Source of the DNA: Bacteroidales bacterium
GTDB lineage: Bacteria; Bacteroidota; Bacteroidia; Bacteroidales; VadinHA17
Length of the DNA stretch: 64,000 nucleotides
Assembly (NCBI GenBank): GCA_049975425.1
Contig: JBNGDI010000003.1
Location: 14,162 to 78,161, forward strand
Direction: 5' to 3'
The position numbers were made by a program, and so were the translations under genes. Position 1 is the stretch's first letter; each line of letters opens with the position of its first letter. The notes under the pieces are model-generated. The model was not told where the DNA came from and searched no databases. It saw only the letters and a program-made list of their open reading frames with translations. This document shows, in pieces, positions 9,764-18,621 of this stretch.

Positions 9764-10219
9764 TCAGTTCTCTTTCAACACATAATCATCGTACTCCTGC
9801 TCAAACCTGAGTTTATGTTTTGATTCCTCTCTGGCAAGGTCGAGGAATACCTTTTTCATATCCCCGTCAGGAGCAAGTTCTGACAGGTCTGTATACAGCT
9901 TCTGGGCGGCCTGTTCTTTTTTCATAGCCAGTACCAGGGCATCCCGGTAACCCATGTCAGGTGAGGGTTCCACATCCACCAGGTAATCGCCTAGTTTCAA
10001 ATCGGCAACCTGACCCTGGTCAAACGTGAAGCTTCCTTCCTCTTTGATTCGTTTCAGGCGAGCTTTATGGCCCACCTCCTCCCTGGCAAACTGTTCAAAG
10101 ATTTTTTTCATATCCTCCGTCCTGGCTTCTTTTGCCAGAGAGGTATAAAAATCCACCGCCTTTTGCTCCTCGTTCATGGCAAACTGAAGCACCTCGTCAA
10201 TATCCTGGAAATTTTTCAT
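9764..10219 (-). CDS. Ferritin-like diiron protein (rubrerythrin-type four-helix bundle without rubredoxin domain)
   Basis: 151 aa with two E...ExxH halves: EEQKAVDFY..FAREEVGHK and KKEQAAQKLY..LAREESKHK. It starts 12 nt after the stop of the upstream 1232-aa gene on the same strand. Confidence 0.75.
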   Translation of the reverse strand: MKNFQDIDEVLQFAMNEEQKAVDFYTSLAKEARTEDMKKIFEQFAREEVGHKARLKRIKEEGSFTFDQGQVADLKLGDYLVDVEPSPDMGYRDALVLAMKKEQAAQKLYTDLSELAPDGDMKKVFLDLAREESKHKLRFEQEYDDYVLKEN

Positions 10220-10230
10220 TTTTTTTCGGG

Positions 10231-13200
10231 TTAAAATACATGGTTTTTATCCAGAAGATGAAAGCGGTCATCAAAATTCTTTGTTACCGCATCCACTCCG
10301 AAATGGAAATCCTTTACGGTATCTTCAGGGGTAAAGATCAGACGGATCTTTTGTTCGCCCTGTTCGGGAAGCAGAGACATCCATTCGCTTTTTACCTCCT
10401 CGGCATCGCGGAGGCCGCCGAGTCCGAATTCCCTCATCAGTTCCAGAAGCTGGGCAACATTATCCATTCCGAAAACCGGATCCCTGTACCGGGAAAATTC
10501 CTGAATTAGGTGTCCGGCACTGGTGTATGACCCACCCGTTTCAAACGGCAGGGAAGCCGGCAGCACCAGGTGGGCCATTCGGGCGGTTTCCGTGAGGGTA
10601 TAATCCTGCACCACCAGAAAAGCCAGCTGGTCGAGCTGCTTCTTTATCTTTCCCGGATCCATGGCGCACCCAACCGGGTCTTCCCCGAATACCAGCATAT
10701 TTTTAAAACCACCTCGCATGAATACCTCACGGGTATCTGTCCCGATCCCTGTGGGAACATCCTTCACATCCCACTTTTTCAGAATACGTTTCAGATGGCC
10801 GGTGTCGCTTCCCGGGACATTCCCTGGCAGTATTCCCGGGTGGAGGCCCATATCGAACAATCCCCGGCTGTTATTCTTTTCATTCAGCAGGATCAGGCCG
10901 CTACCCGTTTTTCCGAATTTTCCCGTGAGCAGGGTCAGGTTTTTCAATTCCATACAGGCAGCCGGAGATAATTCATTTTCTGAACCAATGACCACCGCAC
11001 ACGGTTCTTTGATGTATTCATCGGCAAATGCTTCCAGATCTTTCTGTTTCCGGAAACCCGACTTTTCCAGCAAGGCATTAAAATCCTGCCTGAGCAGTTC
11101 TTTCCGGTAGGTTTCCAGTCCGTCGCATCGATCGTTCAGGAAAAGCCGGTTTTCCCATCCTTTATCAAGAATCAAACGGTTCAGCGCTCTAAGAAAATGC
11201 AGAAAGGAGGGGATACGGTACTGCCTGAGCACTTTGTGCGTCATACTGCTGTGCTCCCGCTGGGTACACTGTATCACGGGTTTATTGTGCAGCACCTTTT
11301 CCTGATTGACCAGGAAACCTACCACGGGGTGATCGCGGTTCAGTTCGCTTCCGATGAGATATATTTTCCCGGCATTCTTCAGTTCTTCAAACGGGGCGCT
11401 CCCCCGTACAAGCCTCATGGTTTCAGGCGGAGCACCCAGGTAATGGAAACTGCCGTTATGCGGGGTTCCCACGCCTGCCCTTCCAAGTTTCTGGATGAGG
11501 TATTGTTCTTCGTTCGATAACCGGGCCCCGCCCATAAGAGCCGTTTTCTCCGGGGCATGTTCCTTCACTTTCTCAGCGATAAGGCGGAATGCCTCGGAAA
11601 AACCAATGGGTTTCCATTCGTTACCCCGGCGGAGCAGCGGAGTGGTAATTCGTTCCGGATCGTTCATGTACGTATATCCAAACCGGCCATAACGGCAAAT
11701 ATTCCCGTCGGGGTTGGCCTGTCCTTCACCTCCTTCCACCCCCATTACAAACCCTCCGCGATGATGCACATTCAGGGTACATCCTACCGAACAGTAAGGG
11801 CATATGATGGTATATGTTTCGGTTTTTACCGGCCCGGGCTTGAAGGGTTTATTTTCTGTAATGGCACCCGTGGGACAGGAGGAAACACACAGACCGCAAC
11901 TCTCGCATAAGGTATTGTTCAACGATTCTCCCATGCTGGGAACCACCAGGGTGTCAAATCCCCTGTTTATCAGACCCAGCGCATCAGCTCCCGCCACTTC
12001 GTGGCATATCCTTACACAACGCGCACACAGAATGCATTTGTTGTTATCTATTTCAATAAAGGGATGTGAAAAATCCACCTCATATTCACGGAACTCTCCC
12101 CCGTATGTTTTCTGTGTGGCACCATATTCGGTGGCATATTTTTTCAGATCGCATGAAAAATAGGCCGTACAGCCACATTCCAGGCAGCGGGATGCTTCAT
12201 CGGCAGCCACCTTTTCATCGGGATATCCCAGCTCCACTTCGTTAAAATTCATCCTCCGGTCAGGGCTGAGGGTAGGCATTTCATTCCGCTTATGCTTCAC
12301 ATATTTTCCTGCCAGGTCTTCCGGAACCAGGGCACGAAAATTCTCCTTCCGGCTGATGAATTCTTCCCTGGGCGGTTCGACCGGTTCGCCAGTCAGGAGC
12401 TGGTGGCACGACCGGCTGGCTTTTCCCGCCTGGGCGATGGCTTCAATAATGGTAGCCGGGCCGGTAACCCCGTCTCCTGCAGCAAAAACCGAAGGGATAT
12501 TCGTTTGCAGGGTTCGGGGGTCGGCTTCGATGTTACCCCAGCGATCGATTTTCAGGGGAGAAGGAGCCACCCGGTTGACTTCATCGATAAAAGCCACATC
12601 GGTTTTCTGCCCGATGGCTGCCAGAATATAATCCACCGGTATATCAAATTCCGATCCTTCAATGGGCAAGGGCCGGCGGCGTCCCGATGCATCGGGCTCA
12701 CCCAGTTTCATTTTCAGGCAGGTTACTGATTGCACCTCGCCTTTCTCATTCTTATTGATCTTTTTGGGATTTGTCAGGAAAAGGTATTCCACCCCTTCGA
12801 GTTTCGATTCATGCACTTCGATCGGGTTGGCAGGCATTTCCTTTTCGGTGCGCCGGTATATCACATACACCTTATCGGCCCCGCACCTGACCGAGGTACG
12901 GCAGCAATCCATGGCAGTATTTCCCCCACCCACAACGGCAACGGTTTTCCCGTGCAAATCCACCCGCTGCCCGGTCATTTCCATATTTCTGAGAAACTCA
13001 ATACCCGAAAACACATTCAAAGCATCTTCGCCTTCGCATCCCACCAGGGTTCCTTTCTGGGAACCGATGGTCAGGATCACGGCATCGTATTCTTTCTGCA
13101 GGGTTTCATAGGCCAGGTTCTTTCCCAGTTTCCGGTTGCAGAATATCTGAACGCCCAGTTCGGTGATGGTACTGATTTCATGGTCCAGGACGTCGTTCGG

Positions 13201-13929
13201 AAGCCGGTATTCTGGAATTCCATAGCGAAGCCAGCCGCCCGGTTTGGGGGCTGCCTCATAAATATCACACTGATGGCCTTTTTGCTGCAGGAAATACGCA
13301 CACGAAAGGCCACCTGGACCAGCCCCGATCACAGCCACTTTCTTCCCGGTTGACGGGGCCACAGGTGGTCTGTAATGGTTGGAGCTTTCCAGATCGCGGT
13401 CGGCGGCAAACCGTTTCAGGTAATCGATTCCCACAGGGGCTCCCTCACCGAGCAGGTTTCGCCGGCAGGCCAGTTCACATGGCCTCACACAAACACGTCC
13501 GCAGATTGCCGGCAGGGGATTCACTTCCTTGATCAGGGCAATGGCTTCCGAGTACAGGCCTTTTTCAATCAGGGAAATGTACCCCTGCACATCAACGCCT
13601 GCGGGGCAGTTCTGCCTGCAGGGAGCTATACAATCGGCAAAATGATTGCTGAGCATCAGCTCAAGCACTGTCCGGCGGGCCTTCCGGATCTTTTCATTAT
13701 CGGTAACCACCACCATCCCTTCCTTCACCCGGGTTGAGCAGGATGGCTGAAGTCCTTTCATCCCTTCAATTTCCACCACGCAAAGAAAACAGGATGAGAA
13801 CGGTTCCAGGCGGGGATCGTGACAGAGTGTGGGAATAGTATATCCGTTTTCGCGGGCCAGTTCCAGTACCGACATCCCCTCCCTGGCTTTTACGGGTTTG
13901 TTGTTCAGTATGACATTGATTTCTTCCAT
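10231..13929 (-). CDS. Multidomain flavin/FeS oxidoreductase: [2Fe-2S] ferredoxin + GltD/NfnB-like FAD/NAD(P)H module + NuoG-type FeS domains + molybdopterin-fold domain lacking the Cys/Sec ligand (BfuC/StnC-like)
   Basis: 1232-aa ORF. Residues 1-80 read ..TIPTLCHDPRLEPFSSCFLCVVE..QPSC (plant-type 2Fe-2S as in NuoG/HydA N-termini). Residues 90-510 read DCIAPCRQNCPAGVDV..AICGRVCVRPCELAC, then VAVIGAGPGGLSCAYFL and AVVGGGNTAMDC (GltD-like). Residues 580-700 read CLECGC, HPFIEIDNNKCILCARCVRIC and CESCGLCVSSCPTGAI. Residues 705-760 read YTIICPYCSVGCTLNV (Mo-bisPGD-type 4Fe-4S). The rest is molybdopterin-oxidoreductase-like. Confidence 0.8.
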   Translation of the reverse strand: MEEINVILNNKPVKAREGMSVLELARENGYTIPTLCHDPRLEPFSSCFLCVVEIEGMKGLQPSCSTRVKEGMVVVTDNEKIRKARRTVLELMLSNHFADCIAPCRQNCPAGVDVQGYISLIEKGLYSEAIALIKEVNPLPAICGRVCVRPCELACRRNLLGEGAPVGIDYLKRFAADRDLESSNHYRPPVAPSTGKKVAVIGAGPGGLSCAYFLQQKGHQCDIYEAAPKPGGWLRYGIPEYRLPNDVLDHEISTITELGVQIFCNRKLGKNLAYETLQKEYDAVILTIGSQKGTLVGCEGEDALNVFSGIEFLRNMEMTGQRVDLHGKTVAVVGGGNTAMDCCRTSVRCGADKVYVIYRRTEKEMPANPIEVHESKLEGVEYLFLTNPKKINKNEKGEVQSVTCLKMKLGEPDASGRRRPLPIEGSEFDIPVDYILAAIGQKTDVAFIDEVNRVAPSPLKIDRWGNIEADPRTLQTNIPSVFAAGDGVTGPATIIEAIAQAGKASRSCHQLLTGEPVEPPREEFISRKENFRALVPEDLAGKYVKHKRNEMPTLSPDRRMNFNEVELGYPDEKVAADEASRCLECGCTAYFSCDLKKYATEYGATQKTYGGEFREYEVDFSHPFIEIDNNKCILCARCVRICHEVAGADALGLINRGFDTLVVPSMGESLNNTLCESCGLCVSSCPTGAITENKPFKPGPVKTETYTIICPYCSVGCTLNVHHRGGFVMGVEGGEGQANPDGNICRYGRFGYTYMNDPERITTPLLRRGNEWKPIGFSEAFRLIAEKVKEHAPEKTALMGGARLSNEEQYLIQKLGRAGVGTPHNGSFHYLGAPPETMRLVRGSAPFEELKNAGKIYLIGSELNRDHPVVGFLVNQEKVLHNKPVIQCTQREHSSMTHKVLRQYRIPSFLHFLRALNRLILDKGWENRLFLNDRCDGLETYRKELLRQDFNALLEKSGFRKQKDLEAFADEYIKEPCAVVIGSENELSPAACMELKNLTLLTGKFGKTGSGLILLNEKNNSRGLFDMGLHPGILPGNVPGSDTGHLKRILKKWDVKDVPTGIGTDTREVFMRGGFKNMLVFGEDPVGCAMDPGKIKKQLDQLAFLVVQDYTLTETARMAHLVLPASLPFETGGSYTSAGHLIQEFSRYRDPVFGMDNVAQLLELMREFGLGGLRDAEEVKSEWMSLLPEQGEQKIRLIFTPEDTVKDFHFGVDAVTKNFDDRFHLLDKNHVF

Positions 13930-13969
13930 GAATTCAGTCCGTTTTCAGTCACCGTAATGAGAAGATTTA

Positions 13970-15754
13970 TCAATCGAGCAGAATGGCATCGAACTTACAT
14001 TTGGTATAACATACTCCGCACTTTATGCACAGTTCCTGATCGATAAAGTGGGGTTGTTTTCGTTCTCCGCTTATGGCATTCACCGGACAATGTTTGGCAC
14101 ACACCGTGCATCCCGTGCATTTCTCCGGATCGACCGTATAGGTAAGAAGTGCCTTGCAGCTTTTGGCAGGGCATTTCTTTTCCCGGATGTGGGCCTCGTA
14201 TTCATCACGGAAATACCGGATGGTAGTCAGTACGGGATTCGGTGCGGTTTGTCCCAGTCCGCACAGAGAACCTTCCTTCACCAGATGGGCCAGTTCTTCG
14301 AGCTTTTCTATATCTCCTTCCTCTCCTTTTCCCTGTGTAATCCGTTCCAGTATCTCCAGCATGCGTTTGGTCCCGAGGCGACACATGGTGCATTTACCAC
14401 ACGACTCTTTCCGGGTAAAATCAAGAAAAAACCTTGCCATATCTACCATACAGGTAGTTTCGTCCATCACCACCATGCCACCCGAGCCCATAATGGCTCC
14501 GGTGGCATTGACCGATTCATAATCCACCGGGGTATCACTCAGGTAGGCAGGGATGCAGCCTCCGGAAGGTCCGCCCAGCTGAACCGCCTTGAATTTTTTC
14601 CCTTCCTGTATCCCTCCGCCCAGCTTGTAGATAATGTCATTGATAGTGATGCCCATGGGCACTTCCACGAGTCCGCCCCGGTTGATCTTCCCGGTGAGGG
14701 CAAATACCTTGGTACCCTTGCTTTTTTCCGTACCGTAGGCAGCATATTCAGCCGCCCCGTGGTTGATGATCCAGGGCACATTGGCCCATGTTTCCACATT
14801 GTTGATATTGGTAGGGCTTTTCCACAAACCCGATTCGGCCGGGAAAGGAGGACGTTTGCGCGGCATGCCCCTTTTCCCTTCTACGGAAGCGATCAAAGCG
14901 GTTTCCTCCCCGCACACGAAAGCGCCTGCACCTTCCTTAACCATGATATCGAAATCGAAACCGTCTATCCCCGCAATTTTTTCCCCAAGATATCCTTTCT
15001 CCCTTGCCCGGGCCAGGGCAATATTCAAACGCTTGATAGCCAGAGGGTACTCTGCCCGGCAATATATCACCCCTTCACAGGCACCAATGGCGTATGCCCC
15101 GATAATCATTCCTTCCAGCACGGAATGCGGATCTCCTTCAAGCAGGGAACGATCCATGAAAGCACCCGGGTCGCCCTCATCGGCATTGCAAATAATGTAT
15201 TTCACATCCCCCGGATTATTTCTGGCAAACCTCCATTTGAGGCCGGTTGGGAATCCTCCTCCCCCCCTGCCCCGCAAACCTGAATCCATGATCTCACCGA
15301 TCACCTTCTCAGGGGAAATTCTGTCGCGGGCAATCTTTGCAATGGCCTGGTAACCACCCCGGTTTTCATACTGTTTAATATCTTCCGGGTCGATCATGCC
15401 GCAGTTCCGCAGGGCAATTTTCACCTGTCCTTCCAGGAAATCCAGATCGACGGTACGAAACAGATCGGTCCTGACCATGTATTCCCTTACCGGATCATGA
15501 CGCACGATGTGTCGTTCGATCACTTCCATGGCCCGGTCTTCGTCGATGTTGCCGTAAAGGTAAGAACCCGTTTCGTCAATGATCTCGACCAGGGGTTCCC
15601 GGTAACACATGCCCACACAGCTGGTTTTTTCCAGGCTGAAGGAAAGATGTTCCGCATCCCTGAAATTCCGTATTTTCTCATAAACCCGGGCAGCCCCTGC
15701 TGCAATCCCGCAGCTGCCCAGTCCAACGATTACCCTTGGCTGATCTGTGGTCAT
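13970..15754 (-). CDS. NuoF/HydB-like FMN- and NADH-binding subunit with N-terminal thioredoxin-like [2Fe-2S] and C-terminal 2x[4Fe-4S] ferredoxin domains (BfuB-like)
   Basis: 594 aa. The N-terminus reads GLGSCGIAAGA..CVGMC. The core reads GRGGGGFPTGLKW..ICNADEGDPGAF..ESCGKCTMCR (NuoF signatures). The C-terminus reads CTGCTVCAKHCP..CIKCGVCYTKC. Confidence 0.85.
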   Translation of the reverse strand: MTTDQPRVIVGLGSCGIAAGAARVYEKIRNFRDAEHLSFSLEKTSCVGMCYREPLVEIIDETGSYLYGNIDEDRAMEVIERHIVRHDPVREYMVRTDLFRTVDLDFLEGQVKIALRNCGMIDPEDIKQYENRGGYQAIAKIARDRISPEKVIGEIMDSGLRGRGGGGFPTGLKWRFARNNPGDVKYIICNADEGDPGAFMDRSLLEGDPHSVLEGMIIGAYAIGACEGVIYCRAEYPLAIKRLNIALARAREKGYLGEKIAGIDGFDFDIMVKEGAGAFVCGEETALIASVEGKRGMPRKRPPFPAESGLWKSPTNINNVETWANVPWIINHGAAEYAAYGTEKSKGTKVFALTGKINRGGLVEVPMGITINDIIYKLGGGIQEGKKFKAVQLGGPSGGCIPAYLSDTPVDYESVNATGAIMGSGGMVVMDETTCMVDMARFFLDFTRKESCGKCTMCRLGTKRMLEILERITQGKGEEGDIEKLEELAHLVKEGSLCGLGQTAPNPVLTTIRYFRDEYEAHIREKKCPAKSCKALLTYTVDPEKCTGCTVCAKHCPVNAISGERKQPHFIDQELCIKCGVCYTKCKFDAILLD

Positions 15755-16296
15755 GGCTGCTTGCTTTTATCGGTTTCCCTGCTTTCCCTGATCCGGATCT
15801 CCCTGATCACTTTCACCGCGTCGCGGCCGGTGAGTTTGCCGTAGGTCTCTTCTCCGATCATCATTACCGGAGCAAGAGAACAGCACCCCAGGCAGGCAAC
15901 GGATTCCAGGGTAAACATTCCGTCGGCAGTGGTTTCTCCGTCGCTCACTTCCAGGGCTTCCTTCAGGGCATCGGTAATAGAACCCGCATTTTGCACATGG
16001 CAGGCAGTACCGTGACAAACCCGGATGATGTATTTGCCCACCGGCTGAAGCCTGAACTGAGCGTAAAAGGTGGCCACGCCGTACATTTCACTCAGCAGCA
16101 GACCGGTTTCCCGGGCAATTTTGAGAAAGGCCCCCCGGGGGATATAACCGTATATAGCCTGCGCACCCTGCAAAAGCGGGATCATGTTCCCCTTTTGGTT
16201 CCGGTATTTACTGATCAGGGGATCAAGCAGGCTCAGGTCTGCTTCCGGTTCTTGTATTTTTTCTGCAGGGGGAGATGGTATACGCTGAACCCTCAT
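15751..16296 (-). CDS. NuoE/HydC-like [2Fe-2S] subunit (BfuA-like)
   Basis: 181 aa with YGVATFYAQF..IRVCHGTACHV..LGCCSLAPVM (NuoE-type thioredoxin-like 2Fe-2S). Its stop overlaps the start of the NuoF-like gene by 4 nt. Confidence 0.85.
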   Translation of the reverse strand: MRVQRIPSPPAEKIQEPEADLSLLDPLISKYRNQKGNMIPLLQGAQAIYGYIPRGAFLKIARETGLLLSEMYGVATFYAQFRLQPVGKYIIRVCHGTACHVQNAGSITDALKEALEVSDGETTADGMFTLESVACLGCCSLAPVMMIGEETYGKLTGRDAVKVIREIRIRESRETDKSKQP

Positions 16297-16588
16297 ATCA
16301 GGCTGTTTAATGTTTCAAAAGGTCTGATTGTCCAGAAATCCATTGATTTTGGTGGTTAAAAATATATAAATTACCAAACCATTGACTCCTTCCGGTGATT
16401 TTATACAACATACCTTGCTTTCAACAGGGCATGACTCTGAGTGGAAAAGGCTGAAAAAACAGGATTCTCCGGTTAATGTAAAAAGAATATAGATTATTTT
16501 ACCTGTCAAACACTTCTCTTTAAACCAACTTATTGCAGGAACACTATTTTTTACTAAATTGCCTCAGGTGATCCAACAAAACCTGGCG

Positions 16589-17635
16589 ATGATCTCCTTC
16601 TTAAGAAAATTCTTCAGGAAAAGATCCGGAAAAGGATCCCGCTCGCAGGGCATGCTGGATCTGGGAATCCGTCATCCTGACAGGGACATGACCAACCTTC
16701 CCGACACCGATGTCCATCAGCTGATGATCGAGGCCACCAGGATCAGGAAGAAACTGGGATACGCAGCAGCCGTTGGTTTTCTGAAGAATCTCGCCGGGGA
16801 ATACCTGGAAGCCGGTAATACGGCCCTGGTGACCTGCATGAACAAACTGATCCCCTACATGCGGAGAGAGCCAGGTATATCATGGGAAGAAACCCATAAC
16901 TATCTGCATGGCATTATCAAACAGGCTCCCCTGCATGATGACTATTTCAGGAACCTGCATCTGACCATGGCCGATCTGCTGGAAGAACGTGACCGGGAAA
17001 CCGCCCTGAAATATATTACGGATCATTTGAACCATGAACATCCCGACATGGTGGATTTCGACCTGCTGATCAAGGCAGCAGAAATACACATTGACCGCAG
17101 GGACGAGACCGAAGCCATGCACGTACTTGACCGGGCAGCCAGACTGCTGCATCCCAGCATGGAACGGTTCCAGCACATCAGGAAACTGAGGAAGTGGCAC
17201 CGCACCAGGGCCCTGCTGGCCCGGCTCAGTGATACCAGGCCGGGAGCCTCAGAATACCTTTTTCACCGTCTCATGGAATTCACCCTGGATATGGCCCGGG
17301 TACTCGATCCCATGCTGATCCATCAGTTCCACGAGCGAAAAGACCTGTACTTCAAAAAGGAAAGGGGGTTCGAACATACCGAGGCATTCCGCGAGGCCAT
17401 GAAGATCCTCGAACTGGAGGATCAGCAGGAAAAACTACTCAGGGAAATATACGGTTTTGTATTTGAAGAAATGCCGCTGCTCCTGAAAGTAACCCGAAAG
17501 CAGCTGCACTATAAACCCGGTGACGAGGAAACCCTGGCGGAGGTACAGGAGAAAAAAAGTTTCTCACAGCGGCCATTCACCGAAATGCCGGTGCTGCACG
17601 ACCACCTGCGTCACATTGTTGACAAGTACTGTTAA
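16589..17635 (+). CDS. Hypothetical all-alpha protein, no recognisable family
   Basis: ORF 16559..17635 begins with TTG; the first ATG is at 16589 (MISFLRKFFRKRSGK). The protein is charged, helix-rich and His/Arg-rich, with no TM segment, signal peptide or HTH that I can recognise. It is divergent from the nuoE-like operon across a 292-bp AT-rich spacer. Confidence 0.5.
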   Translation: MISFLRKFFRKRSGKGSRSQGMLDLGIRHPDRDMTNLPDTDVHQLMIEATRIRKKLGYAAAVGFLKNLAGEYLEAGNTALVTCMNKLIPYMRREPGISWEETHNYLHGIIKQAPLHDDYFRNLHLTMADLLEERDRETALKYITDHLNHEHPDMVDFDLLIKAAEIHIDRRDETEAMHVLDRAARLLHPSMERFQHIRKLRKWHRTRALLARLSDTRPGASEYLFHRLMEFTLDMARVLDPMLIHQFHERKDLYFKKERGFEHTEAFREAMKILELEDQQEKLLREIYGFVFEEMPLLLKVTRKQLHYKPGDEETLAEVQEKKSFSQRPFTEMPVLHDHLRHIVDKYC

Positions 17636-17660
17636 ACCGGCCGTACCGGTTCAGGATGTA

Positions 17661-18611
17661 TCACAACTGCTCGCGCAGAAAATCCAGAATACGATTTTCT
17701 ATTCTTTTCTCAATGTGGGTGGTATCTTCCCTGATGAACGATTCGCCGGTGAGATTTTCGTAAAGTTCGATGTATCGATCAGAAACCTGCCTAACGAACG
17801 CATCAGACATTTCGGGTACGGTCTGTCCTTCTTTGCCCTGAAATCCGTTTTCCATAAGCCATTCCCTCACGAACTCCTTGGAAAGCTGACGCTGGGGTTC
17901 CCCCTTATCCTGCCGTTCCCGGTATCCCTCGGCATAAATAAACCTCGATGAATCAGGGGTGTGGATTTCGTCAATCAGATAGATCAATCCGTCTTTTTTC
18001 CCGAATTCATATTTCGTATCTACCAGTATAAGTCCCCGTTCGGCAGCTATTTCGCTTCCCCGCTCAAACAGCTGGCGAGTATACACTTCCAGCAGGTCAT
18101 ATTCCTCCTCGCTGACGAGTCCATGCTGCAGGATTTCTTCCTTTGAAATATCCAGATCGTGTCCGAATTCCGCCTTGGTGGTGGGGGTAATGATGGGTTC
18201 CGGAAAAGGATCGTTTTCTCTCAGGCCTTCCGGTAAAGTCACTCCGGATATTTCCCGTTTGCCTGCCCGGTATTCCCTCCATGCGTGTCCCGACAGATAG
18301 CCTCTGATTACCATTTCCACCTTAAATGGCTGGACGAAATGGCCTATGGTTACATTGGGGTCAGGCACCGCGATTTTCCAGTTTGGTACAATATCGGCGG
18401 TGGCATCAAGATATTTATCGGCTATCTGATTCAGCACCTGTCCCTTATACGGTATCCCTCGGGGCAGCACCACATCGAAAGCAGAAATCCTGTCGGTAAC
18501 CACCATCACCAGATAGCGGTCGTCCACATTGTAAACATCCCGCACCTTGCCTTTGTAAAAACTTTTTTGACCGGGTAGTTTGAATTCCGTTGTTACCAGG
18601 GCTTTTTCCAT
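17661..18611 (-). CDS. purC: Phosphoribosylaminoimidazole-succinocarboxamide (SAICAR) synthase
   Basis: ORF 17661..18689, with the start moved to [27 protein letters not shown] so that it no longer overlaps phoH. Motifs [17 protein letters not shown] and [11 protein letters not shown] are typical of long-form PurC. Confidence 0.85.
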   Translation of the reverse strand: MEKALVTTEFKLPGQKSFYKGKVRDVYNVDDRYLVMVVTDRISAFDVVLPRGIPYKGQVLNQIADKYLDATADIVPNWKIAVPDPNVTIGHFVQPFKVEMVIRGYLSGHAWREYRAGKREISGVTLPEGLRENDPFPEPIITPTTKAEFGHDLDISKEEILQHGLVSEEEYDLLEVYTRQLFERGSEIAAERGLILVDTKYEFGKKDGLIYLIDEIHTPDSSRFIYAEGYRERQDKGEPQRQLSKEFVREWLMENGFQGKEGQTVPEMSDAFVRQVSDRYIELYENLTGESFIREDTTHIEKRIENRILDFLREQL

Positions 18612-18621
18612 AATTTTCTGT

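Noticed and set aside
10231-13929. Annotating the 1232-aa protein as a formate dehydrogenase alpha subunit or as glutamate synthase small subunit
   Set aside because: The Mo-fold domain has no Cys/Sec at the ligand position and no C-terminal MGD-binding barrel that I can see. The GltD-like module is embedded among NuoG-type FeS domains and paired with NuoE/NuoF-like genes rather than with a GltB gene.
3737-13929. Selenocysteine recoding (in-frame TGA) in the DmsA-like or Fdh-like genes
   Set aside because: Both are single uninterrupted ORFs in the track, with no split ORF pair or in-frame TGA at the active-site region.
14048-15283. 411-aa plus-strand ORF inside the NuoF-like gene
   Set aside because: It is antisense to a gene with unmistakable NuoF signatures. 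The translation is low-complexity (His/Phe/Pro/Arg-rich), so it is a shadow ORF. The same reasoning applies to 12730..13353, 10570..11110 and 15736..16359.
17635-17651. Hairpin AACCGG-ccgta-CCGGTT between the convergent hypothetical gene and purC
   Set aside because: It has only a 6-bp stem, overlaps the stop codon and has no U-tract on either strand. This is too weak to report as a terminator.
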